The notes under the pieces: model-generated | Database searches by the model: none | Told to the model about the DNA's origin: nothing | Seen by the model: only the letters and a program-made list of their open reading frames with translations | Source: an uncultured Bacteroidales bacterium | GTDB taxonomy: Bacteria; Bacteroidota; Bacteroidia; Bacteroidales; PWNQ01 | Direction of reading: 5' to 3' | Assembly (NCBI GenBank): GCA_964477095.1 | Contig: CAYZDA010000001.1 | Location: 75,570-139,569 of the forward strand | Length of the DNA: 64,000 nt | Shown: positions 39,631 through 47,965 of the stretch, piece by piece | How positions within the stretch are numbered: the first letter of the stretch is position 1 | How the letters are laid out: each line of letters starts with the position of its first letter | Position numbers and translations under genes: made by a program

Positions 39631-41241
39631 ATGGCAAAGAAAAAAAGAGCAATACCACATGCATATGTGATCGTTTTCTTCATTATTGCTTTTTCCGCAA
39701 TCATGACCTGGGTGGTTCCCGGGGGTGAATATGAAAGAGAGGTCGTAACGCTTGATGACGGAAGTACGCGCGAGGTAATAGTTCCGGGATCGTTTCATGA
39801 GGTGGATAATGAGCCGCAAACCTGGGAGGTTTTTGCCGCTATGTTTAAGGGATTCGTGCGGCAGTCCGATATTATCATTTTTATTCTGATGATCGGAGGT
39901 GCTTTTTGGATCATGAATGAAAGCCGTGCCATCGACGTGGGTATCCTGTCATTCCTGAAGGCTGCGCGCCGGCTGGAAAAATATAAGATTTTCCGGATAC
40001 TTGGTGTCGATAATATAATCATTACTCTGATTATGCTGATGTTTAGTGTATTTGGGGCAGTGTTCGGGATGAGTGAGGAAACCATAGCCTTTATCATCAT
40101 CGTGGTTCCCCTGTCCATTAGTATGGGGTATGATTCCATAGTGGGCGTGTCAATGGTGTTTGTGGCTGCCGGCCTTGGATTTGCCGGGGCGGTGCTCAAT
40201 CCGTTTACCATCGGAATTGCTCAGGGGCTGTCGGATATTCCACTGTTTTCAGGTATAGAATACAGGCTCTTTTGCTGGGTGGTTATCAATATCATCGGCA
40301 TAACCTATGTGCTTCTGTATGCACGCAAGATCAGGCGCAACCCCAAATCATCACCGGTTTATGCTGAAGATGAGTACTGGCGCAAACGCGGTGAAGAAAA
40401 AGGCGGAATGAATATCCGGTATTACACAAATAAAGCTTCCTGGTTTACCTATATTTTTGTTTTGGGGATTCTGGTAACTGTATCATTTCTTGAGCCACAA
40501 ACCACGATGAAGATAGGTAATTCCGAAAGTGTGATGCCCGTTATTCCTGCCTCAGCAATTTTGTTTGCTGTACTTGGGTTTTTCTCTTTACGAAAATCGG
40601 TGCATTTCTTCATACTGAACATTCTGGCATTTACTATTATTTTCCTGATTATAGGTGTGATGGGCTATGGCTGGTACGTGATGGAGATTGCCACGCTGTT
40701 TTTTGGCATGGGGATATTGTCGGGTGTAGCCATGAATGCTTCACCAAACCGTATAACAAAACTGTTTCTTGACGGATCAAAGGATATCATGTCAGCGGCA
40801 CTTATTGTGGGGCTGGCAGGAGGTATAATTGTAGTGCTGGAAGACGGCCGTATCATCGACTCTATCCTATATGAGCTGTCACAGTCTATGAATGAAATGG
40901 GCCGCGTGGCTTCAGTGGGAATCATGTACATTATTCAAACGGTTATCAACGTCATCATTCCTTCAGGCTCGGCCAAAGCAGCACTCACCATGCCGATTAT
41001 GGCACCATTCTCAGATCTGATCGGTATTTCCAGGCAGGCAACTGTTATGGCATTTCAGTTTGGTGACGGCTTCACCAATATGATCACACCAACAAGCGGC
41101 GTATTGCTTGGAGTATTAGGTGCTGCCAAAATACCATATGAAAAATGGGTTCGCTGGATAGCGCCTTTTATGGCAGTACTTATAATTATTGGCTTCATGT
41201 TGTTGATCCCAACCGTACTGATGAATCTTAGTGGATTCTGA
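39631..41241 (+). CDS. YfcC-family / C4-dicarboxylate anaerobic carrier-like transporter
   Basis: 536 aa multi-pass membrane protein with an N-terminal KKRAIPHAYVIVFFII and the overall YfcC-like pattern. Confidence 0.75.
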   Translation: MAKKKRAIPHAYVIVFFIIAFSAIMTWVVPGGEYEREVVTLDDGSTREVIVPGSFHEVDNEPQTWEVFAAMFKGFVRQSDIIIFILMIGGAFWIMNESRAIDVGILSFLKAARRLEKYKIFRILGVDNIIITLIMLMFSVFGAVFGMSEETIAFIIIVVPLSISMGYDSIVGVSMVFVAAGLGFAGAVLNPFTIGIAQGLSDIPLFSGIEYRLFCWVVINIIGITYVLLYARKIRRNPKSSPVYAEDEYWRKRGEEKGGMNIRYYTNKASWFTYIFVLGILVTVSFLEPQTTMKIGNSESVMPVIPASAILFAVLGFFSLRKSVHFFILNILAFTIIFLIIGVMGYGWYVMEIATLFFGMGILSGVAMNASPNRITKLFLDGSKDIMSAALIVGLAGGIIVVLEDGRIIDSILYELSQSMNEMGRVASVGIMYIIQTVINVIIPSGSAKAALTMPIMAPFSDLIGISRQATVMAFQFGDGFTNMITPTSGVLLGVLGAAKIPYEKWVRWIAPFMAVLIIIGFMLLIPTVLMNLSGF

Positions 41242-41485
41242 AGAGGCTGATTCGAATTTTGAAAATAAAGTATGGGATAAACTATTTTTCCTGATAGAAG
41301 TTATATAACCGGAGTTCCTTTGCTTATTTGAAGATTTGTAACACAAGCCAGCAATGCGGAACATAATTTTGGAGTATGCCAGTTTCTGAATGATAAAAAG
41401 ATTGCCCAGCTAGCCGTAAGGCGACTAAACGTCATAAGGAGCTATAGCTTAAAGAAATAAATGTAGTATGATTTAGGTGAAAATG

Positions 41486-41523
41486 AAAAAACAGCGGTTT
41501 AAAAAGAAGCCGCTGTTTTTTTT
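41486..41523. terminator. Bidirectional rho-independent terminator between convergent genes
   Basis: AAAAAACAGCGG pairs with CCGCTGTTTTTT (stem core 41491-41497 with 41510-41516). A-run and T-run flanks. Confidence 0.7.
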
Positions 41524-41545
41524 ATATCATTAGCTTGTGAAATGA

Positions 41546-43171
41546 TCAGAATTTTTCATCATATTTTGTCCAGAGTTCATCACCCAGCAGCCAGGCACGG
41601 GTTACCACCTTTTCGCCCCAGGTATTGGTATAGGTAGTAAGCAGCTCTATCAGTTCATCTGTTTTTCCTTCCTTATGAAGCCTGAGTGCTTCTGCTTCAA
41701 ACTCAGCCTGCTTATCAAGTAATTCGGTTTGCATAGGGTCCCAAACTGCTCTTACATCCTTGCTCATGTCACCCCAGCGTTGTGCTGCCAGTGTTCCCAG
41801 CCGGTTGAAAGCCCACCAGGCTGATTCACGGGTGTATCCATTAGTGCGCCCGGGTGTTTTATAGCTTTGTGGCAGGTCTTTTACGTTACTGTAAACAGGG
41901 ATGTAAATGGAAGTAGCAATATTATCCTGGGCCAGCCATACCACACCGCCAATTTCGTCGGGCAACCAGTCACGTGACTGGGTAATGGTTCCATACATGG
42001 TGTACCAGCGGGCAATGGTGCGTTCTCCCAAAAACCTGATATGCCCCGTTTCCTCATCCACGTGGAACCAACCACCATTCACGTTGTCAATCTTAAGCTG
42101 ATCGTAGGGCATAAACGGATTAGCCATTGGCGAAATCACCTGCTTTCCTTCCTCATTTTCCACGGTGATGTTCCGCCTCATGTCATAGGGTGTTCCCTGA
42201 TAGTAATCACCGAATACATTTATCATATCCTGAATGGAAACTTTTTTATCAGGCTTAACTGAAAAAGGATAGTTTTCGCTGGTCGGGCTCAGCTTTAATG
42301 AGGGAGCGAGCAGGTCGAATACGCGCCATTCACGGCGGCGTGCGGCTATCGATTTGCGGCTCTCAGGTGCATATACATCGCAAAAACGAAATATCTCATC
42401 TTCATTCCACCAGCCGTTTTCTTTGGCAATTTCAAAGATGTTGCCGGAGGCCATGAAATAGTCTTCGTTGTCAAGATCAATTTCCTTGATGGTAGAAGCA
42501 TTGGCATTAACGGAAATGTGATCGTCGGGAACACGCTGAGCTACCCAAACTGCGCCGGTTTTTCCTTTGCCGGGGCCTATGATCTCGAAATGCCATACCT
42601 CCCTGGTGTCTGCTATGGTAAGACATTCGCCAACATCATTCCAGCCGTATTTCTTTGTTAGTTCGTCCGCCATTTCTATTGCCTGACGTGCGGTGGTGCA
42701 GCGTTCCAGCATGAGCTGGTTCAGCCGCTGGCAGTCAATCAGCCCTTCATCCGATTGCAGTTCCTTACGTCCACCAAAGGTTGATTCGCCTATGGCCAGC
42801 TGATGCTCATTCATACTCGGGTAGGCCGTGTTGATGAATTGATAGGTGTGAGGAACCTGAGGAATGCTGCCGATTTCCGTATGCTGATAGGTGGGCATGG
42901 CAAACGTATCACAAGCGGTTCTCTTATACATGGGTGCCACAGCGGATTTTTCATGATCCATGGCCGGAATTATATTCATCCAGGAGCGGGTACGGTGGCT
43001 GTCATCGGTATGCGAGGTCATTACCGAGCCATCAGAAGATGCATCTTTCCCTACAGTAATGGAAGTACACCCTTCAGGTACTCCGCCTTCCCAGTCGGGC
43101 TTATCCTGGGCATATACTGTAAAAACAAAAGGCAGCAATGCTGCTGCCAGCAATTTTAATTTCAAAGTCAT
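41546..43171 (-). CDS. C69 family dipeptidase (secreted)
   Basis: Signal peptide, then the nucleophile context EGCTSITVGKDASSDGS. About 540 aa, as expected for C69. Confidence 0.85.
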   Translation of the reverse strand: MTLKLKLLAAALLPFVFTVYAQDKPDWEGGVPEGCTSITVGKDASSDGSVMTSHTDDSHRTRSWMNIIPAMDHEKSAVAPMYKRTACDTFAMPTYQHTEIGSIPQVPHTYQFINTAYPSMNEHQLAIGESTFGGRKELQSDEGLIDCQRLNQLMLERCTTARQAIEMADELTKKYGWNDVGECLTIADTREVWHFEIIGPGKGKTGAVWVAQRVPDDHISVNANASTIKEIDLDNEDYFMASGNIFEIAKENGWWNEDEIFRFCDVYAPESRKSIAARRREWRVFDLLAPSLKLSPTSENYPFSVKPDKKVSIQDMINVFGDYYQGTPYDMRRNITVENEEGKQVISPMANPFMPYDQLKIDNVNGGWFHVDEETGHIRFLGERTIARWYTMYGTITQSRDWLPDEIGGVVWLAQDNIATSIYIPVYSNVKDLPQSYKTPGRTNGYTRESAWWAFNRLGTLAAQRWGDMSKDVRAVWDPMQTELLDKQAEFEAEALRLHKEGKTDELIELLTTYTNTWGEKVVTRAWLLGDELWTKYDEKF

Positions 43172-43620
43172 AATTCGTATTGTTTATGTTTCAGGACAAA
43201 AATAGAAAAAGAAGGAGAATTAGCAAGAAAGCTTTTAAAAACATGATTTGTTATCCCCCGGTCAAATCCTTTCAATTACAGCTGATTTATGCCCTGATTA
43301 TGGATATCAAAAGAAAACTGCTGATCTTCAAAAAAACACGCTGGTTTTTTTCTTTGCTCATATGAATGCCATTCATAGCTTGAACGGTTGAAAATTGATT
43401 GTGAATGAAGCCGTTCTTGTGCTCAATAAAACTGTGGTTTATTCGGATTAAAGCAATTTGTATGACAAGTTATTTGGATTCTTTTTAAAGTACTTACCCT
43501 TTAATCACTCCTTCATCTGCTCACCTTAAGCATAAAGCACCTTTGATCCTCCTGCCTGATCCGTCACAGGCTTCTTCCTCAGTGTTTTTGCCTAGCTGTA
43601 TAAAAGGAAGATTGAAGATT

Positions 43621-45009
43621 CTACACCCCGGGAAGTCCGAATTTAAAGCGCAGAAAACCAACTGCGAGTGAGAGTGTAGGATTATCCTGTCTGAAGAAAG
43701 TGAATACATCGCCGGTGGCCATGCCAAACTCCCACCATTTGACGCAGAAGACCAGACCCATCGGGATGTTATGGTGATAGATATCGCCGTTTACATAGCC
43801 CATCGACAGCTTGGTTATGTTTCCCAGCCTGAAATATCCACCTGCACTGAATATGGCCTTCTCCAGGTTAGCCGCATGATTATTCAATGGTGCATACATA
43901 TCCACACCAAATTCAAACCATTTTATTGGCATAAAGCTGCACCCGAGTTTAACATGCGCAGGAAGTCCGGTAGTGTATTGTTCTGCTCCCTGCCATTTTA
44001 ATATGCTGTTGTTCTCAAACAAAGGTTTGAACTCTGCTATAAGGTTATAACTGTCAAACCCATCTGTTGAAACTGAATCAACAGTAATGTTCGGTGCTTC
44101 ATAAGTCTCCCCATCCCAGGTGATGGATCCGATATCATTAATTGCAAGGCCAACTTTTATTTTGTCGATTATCTTCAGAGTTGCCCCAAAATCGAATCCC
44201 AGCCCGTGGCCAACTGCTTTCAGCTCGGCGGCACTGCCGGCAAGAGCAGTCGGGGATGGGCCCTGATAATCCACTTGCATGAAAGGAGTGATAGAGGATT
44301 TGGCATAAAAGTCATTATCATCTGTGTAAATATTCAGGTTTCCGTAGCCCTGGATGTATTTCACGTCTGCTCCCACATACAGCTTTAAAGCCGGCATCTT
44401 CAGAACCCTTCTGCCATAACCAACCATATATTCGCGATACCAGCTACCGGAAATCCTGGACCCTTCAAAGATGTCCTTCGCCGTGATATTTTGCTGATTG
44501 TCAAACACCGGAGCATTGTAGCCCAGGAAAAGCAGGTCTGCCAGCCGGGTCTGAATCCTGAACTGATTGTCAAGACGTTCGCGCACCATGAAAGCCAATC
44601 CGCCTGACTTTTCATTCTGCAGGGAAATTGCCCCCAGGGTGATGTTGAAATCAAGTACAAAACCTGCTCCGGCAAAAACCTGGGCAGCTTCAATCTTCTC
44701 AGCATACGACAGGCCATCGCTGCTGATGGAAATATAGTTCTTCCAGATATCTTTACGACTAAGTGCATCTGAACTGAGAGCGAAGCTGGATTCCGCCAGA
44801 GTGAAATGTAAAAAGCGGTCGTCCTGCTGAAAGCCAAGATTTGCAGGATTCACCCCGAGGCACTGGTAATCGGTGCTTGTGGTAGTGCTTATACCTGCTC
44901 CGGATGATTCAAACGATCCTACGGTAGTTTGTGCCTCCAGTAAACAGGAGCAGCTGATTGCTGCAAAAATCCATAAAAGGGAAATCAGATCTTTTGCTTT
45001 CATGGTCAC
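43621..45009 (-). CDS. Putative outer-membrane beta-barrel protein (DUF5723/TraF-FadL-like), hypothetical
   Basis: Signal peptide, Gly/aromatic-rich alternating strands, and a C-terminal FKFG. The family assignment is from memory only. Confidence 0.5.
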   Translation of the reverse strand: MTMKAKDLISLLWIFAAISCSCLLEAQTTVGSFESSGAGISTTTSTDYQCLGVNPANLGFQQDDRFLHFTLAESSFALSSDALSRKDIWKNYISISSDGLSYAEKIEAAQVFAGAGFVLDFNITLGAISLQNEKSGGLAFMVRERLDNQFRIQTRLADLLFLGYNAPVFDNQQNITAKDIFEGSRISGSWYREYMVGYGRRVLKMPALKLYVGADVKYIQGYGNLNIYTDDNDFYAKSSITPFMQVDYQGPSPTALAGSAAELKAVGHGLGFDFGATLKIIDKIKVGLAINDIGSITWDGETYEAPNITVDSVSTDGFDSYNLIAEFKPLFENNSILKWQGAEQYTTGLPAHVKLGCSFMPIKWFEFGVDMYAPLNNHAANLEKAIFSAGGYFRLGNITKLSMGYVNGDIYHHNIPMGLVFCVKWWEFGMATGDVFTFFRQDNPTLSLAVGFLRFKFGLPGV

Positions 45010-45077
45010 AGAGTATTGATCAGCATAAAAGTAATAAAGAAAGACCCGATTCCCAAGTAATCAGAATAAAAAAAATA

Positions 45078-45728
45078 TTATTTCAGGTATTCCAGTATGG
45101 CCTTCACAATATTTTCTGCCCCGTCAGCTATTTGAGTGATGGAGGCATCCAGCATGTAGCAGGGGGTTGTAAAAATTTTATTCTCCTTATCAATAATCAC
45201 TTCACCATGATTTGTGGTTTCATGCGAACCGCCGAATTTCTTTATGGCATCGGCAGTGTCCTTATCCTGTCCGATGGTATAGGTGCCTTTTTCCAGCACT
45301 GCAGCCACCACTACCGGTGCTATACACAGCGCAGCGATGGGTTTTCCGGAGGCATGCATGTCCCTGATTGCTTTTTCAGTATCACTGTTTACAGTGCAGG
45401 CTGTACCATGAAAAGCAAAAGAGGAAAGGTTTTTTGCTGCTCCAAAACCGCCCGGCAAGATCAGTGCATCATACACCGAGGCATCAAATCTTGATAAAGG
45501 GGTAATATTACCACGGGCTATGCGCGCAGCTTCTACCAGAACATTTCTTTTCTCTCCGGTTACATCACCGGTGTAGTGGTTTATCACATGATGCTGCTCT
45601 ATGTCAGGCGCAAAAACATCGTAATCAGCTCCCTGGCGTTTAATGGCCAGCATGGTCATGGTGCTTTCATGAATTTCAGCGCCGTCATATACGCCGCTTC
45701 CCGAGAGAATAATGGCAAATTTCTTCAT
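45078..45728 (-). CDS. elbB: Isoprenoid biosynthesis glyoxalase ElbB (DJ-1/PfpI superfamily)
   Basis: MKKFAIILSGSGVYDGAEIHE, LILPGGFGAAKNL and IAALCIAP. Confidence 0.85.
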   Translation of the reverse strand: MKKFAIILSGSGVYDGAEIHESTMTMLAIKRQGADYDVFAPDIEQHHVINHYTGDVTGEKRNVLVEAARIARGNITPLSRFDASVYDALILPGGFGAAKNLSSFAFHGTACTVNSDTEKAIRDMHASGKPIAALCIAPVVVAAVLEKGTYTIGQDKDTADAIKKFGGSHETTNHGEVIIDKENKIFTTPCYMLDASITQIADGAENIVKAILEYLK

Positions 45729-45856
45729 CTGTCTATGGTTTTATATTGTTTATAGTCATGTTTGTTCCGTTATTAAAGGTAGTTAGGGCGAAATTACAAA
45801 CTTCAGGTAATATAAGCAATTATGAAACTAAATGGTTTAAACAGAACTAAACTTCC

Positions 45857-45888
45857 ATAAAAAACCGGCTACCATTCAGCAGCCGGTA
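45857..45888 (-). terminator. Rho-independent terminator downstream of the repeat-motif protein gene
   Basis: ACCGGCT (45864-45870) pairs with AGCCGGT (45881-45887). A T-run follows on the minus strand. Confidence 0.55.
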
Positions 45889-45914
45889 AAAATCAAAAAT
45901 TCAGGCTATGTTGG

Positions 45915-46367
45915 TTAATCGATTTTAGCAATATCGTTTGTATCAAAAGGAACATCGTCCACATAGGGTTCTGGCGCAAGCTGCACATCATAATTATTAT
46001 GGTTCTGCAGGTTGTTGCCGGGGCTAACGCTAATCATCTCATAATTTTTGTTGAGTGCCCGGGCTAATTCTCCTGCCTGTTGAAGCAAGCTGTTCAGGTA
46101 ATTAATTACCACCTGCCGTGTATCGAAGTCAACGTCGTCCACGTATCCTTCCTCATTTAACTGTACTTCAAAAGTGGTTGATTTCCTTTCTTTTTGATCA
46201 CCATCTATGCCAGCCAAAACTATCTCAGTATTAAAAGGAACATCGTTAACGTAAGGCTCGTCATCCGGTTTTACCTGTTCGTTTCCCAATTGTGGGTTTC
46301 CTGCATTTACTGAGGCAGCAGCGGCGAGAAAGAGTATTGTCAGAAGTGTAAAGGTTGTTGTTTTCAT
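45915..46367 (-). CDS. Small secreted protein with three copies of a V-x4-5-(P/G)YV(N/D)DV(P/D)F(N/D)T motif, hypothetical
   Basis: Signal peptide ending VNAG. Repeats at aa 32-48 VKPDDEPYVNDVPFNTE, aa 68-84 VQLNEEGYVDDVDFDTR and aa 128-144 VQLAPEPYVDDVPFDTN. Confidence 0.6.
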   Translation of the reverse strand: MKTTTFTLLTILFLAAAASVNAGNPQLGNEQVKPDDEPYVNDVPFNTEIVLAGIDGDQKERKSTTFEVQLNEEGYVDDVDFDTRQVVINYLNSLLQQAGELARALNKNYEMISVSPGNNLQNHNNYDVQLAPEPYVDDVPFDTNDIAKID

Positions 46368-46427
46368 GGCTCTAAGGTTTTATGGTTATAATCTTATTTC
46401 CGTTTCCGTTTGACTTATATAAAAAAC

Positions 46428-46934
46428 GTGTGCCAGTCTTTATAAAACAAACTAAATCAGCAGATAAAGAATGGTTTTCTGGTTTTTATGTTCGGAGAAG
46501 CTGTTCGTATCTGCATGCCTTTGTTCGTATCCGTACAACAACTTCCGTCGTTTGCTGATAAAACGGGAAAACTCATATGTTACAATATGTTTTTCATAAA
46601 ACCTGTCTGTGAACATCAGGGTACCTCAAAAATGATTTTTCCTTTATTTTCTGCTCGTTCTATCGTCCCATGCACTTCAGCTGCTTTAGATGAACGCTTA
46701 AAAGGCCGAATACCGAAGTATAACAGGAAGTCAGGACTATCTCATAATAGTGAAGAAGTTCCTGTAATGGGGATGGAGTGAAGGGGATAGCAGCTTAATA
46801 ACCGTTTTAAACGACAAGCTTGAAAAAGGGAGGATCAACGTAAATGGATTATTAACTGAAGAACCGTGTGATGGGAGACTATCACGTACGGTTCTGTGAG
46901 GGGCTTGGGGTGAAATTCCCCTTGCCTACTCGAT
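46428..46934 (+). mobile_element. Candidate ORF-less or decayed group II intron; the 5' boundary is tentative
   Basis: GTGTGCCAG at 46428 fits the GUGYG 5' end. GGGAGG (46828-46833), a 10-nt spacer, then ATG GAT TAT TAA (46844-46855) looks like a domain IV start-site stub. Domains V and VI follow. No RT ORF is present. Confidence 0.35.
46861..46934 (+). ncRNA. Group II intron domain V (46861-46894) and domain VI with a bulged adenosine (46897-46932)
   Basis: The 34-nt GAACCGTGTGATGGGAGACTATCACGTACGGTTC forms a 9-bp lower helix, an AC bulge at positions 24-25, a 5-bp upper helix and a GAGA tetraloop. Its flanks match the consensus GAGCCGUAU...ACGUACGGUUC. Domain VI is a helix with a single unpaired A at 46928. 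Confidence 0.7.
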
Positions 46935-47250
46935 TGCATCACCCACTTTTAAATTTTCTTGTTGAGTAAGCGGATTGTAATCCTGATGAATTCATGATTT
47001 TAGTTTTAACCAGTCTTGTACCGGGGCAATATCCGTTTACGGATTTCTTTCATTGCATTTATTGCTTATGTTGGTGATAATTCCATTTTGTTGTTCTTCC
47101 GCCTGATGCGGATTCATCCCGGTCAATTATGCAAAGAGGCCGTAAATTTCTCCGGTGAAAATACACTCCCGGTTTCCAATACATAAATCTGAAATTTAAG
47201 TGATCCTGCCCGTGTGAAATTTAACCGGAAAATACATGCAAGGGTTTTAA

Positions 47251-47349
47251 TTCTGTTCTTGTTCTTGTTTTCGTCTTAACTTCTCCTTGTTATATTAGAA
47301 CGAAACAAGAAGGAAACAAGAAGGAAACAAGAACGAAACAAGAACAAGG
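47251..47349. repeat. Imperfect purine/pyrimidine palindrome containing four tandem 11-nt direct repeats
   Basis: The units GAAACAAGAAG, GAAACAAGAAG, GAAACAAGAAC and GAAACAAGAAC sit at 47302-47345. The left arm (47251-47290) carries degenerate reverse complements such as GTTCTTGTTTTC. The central loop is ATATTAG. Confidence 0.8.
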
Positions 47350-47936
47350 TCAGGCAGAAATCTGTCCCAAATACAGTCAAAAATTAACATATCAAGTCCC
47401 GGAACACATAACAAAAGTATAATTAAGATATGCTAAAAAAGCCGTTTTTTTATGGGTGCTTATACCCGTTTATGATTTTTTTAAAAGACTGAAAGAAGGT
47501 AATCATGTCATAAAACGCAACACTTATTCTGCCTTTCATCACCTTTTTTTGTGACGGAAGAATATCTGTTCATGGGTTGGTTTCAATCCGGAATTTAGCT
47601 GGCCGGGGAACAGCTATATGGAATGTACCGCTGATATCTGTATTTAAATGCTGTCTGAAGTAATCCAAATGACTTAATACCTTTACTTTTGGGCCCTGTT
47701 TCGGGGCAGTTTATATGTTGAAATATCCACTTCGATTGCTGTTTTGCAGCTCATATCTATTAGCTAATCAATTTTTAAAAGGCCGAAGGGAGGGCAAGCT
47801 GATCGGTTTGTCTATTAATAAATCCGGCAATAGTAGCGGAAGTAAAATGATAAGTGGAGCGGGCAAAACGGTTGATTTTTACATTAATTACATGCAGTGA
47901 AAACTGCCTTCATGAATCTATCTCCCAATTTCTTTG

Positions 47937-47944
47937 TAATTTTG
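47937..47944 (+). promoter_or_regulatory. -7 promoter box candidate (TAATTTTG) for serS
   Basis: Matches TAnnTTTG, 22 nt upstream of the ATG at 47966. Confidence 0.45.
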
Positions 47945-47965
47945 GGCCTCCGAAAATCAGGATTT

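Noticed and set aside
43180-43365. A 61-aa ORF in the spacer between the C69 dipeptidase and the OMP gene.
   Set aside because: It is a highly basic, low-complexity translation of A-rich DNA, with no start context or motif.
46488-46781. A 97-aa ORF in the non-coding island, plus the 61-aa ORF at 47715-47900.
   Set aside because: Their composition is odd (Cys/Phe/Ser-rich, no motif) and they have no promoter box or credible start context. They overlap the intron-like and duplicated RNA-like segments, and their weak mutual similarity is better explained at the nucleotide level.
47302-47345. The tandem 11-nt repeats considered as a CRISPR array, or as a CarH-type operator. As I recall, the Thermus CarH operator is made of tandem 11-bp direct repeats with an ACA core.
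   Set aside because: It is not a CRISPR array because the repeats are contiguous with no spacers and are only 11 nt long. The CarH idea is left as speculation only. In one register the units read nAnnGnnACAn, which misses the T I remember in the consensus. The site is 17 kb from the CarH-like gene with no obvious target gene.
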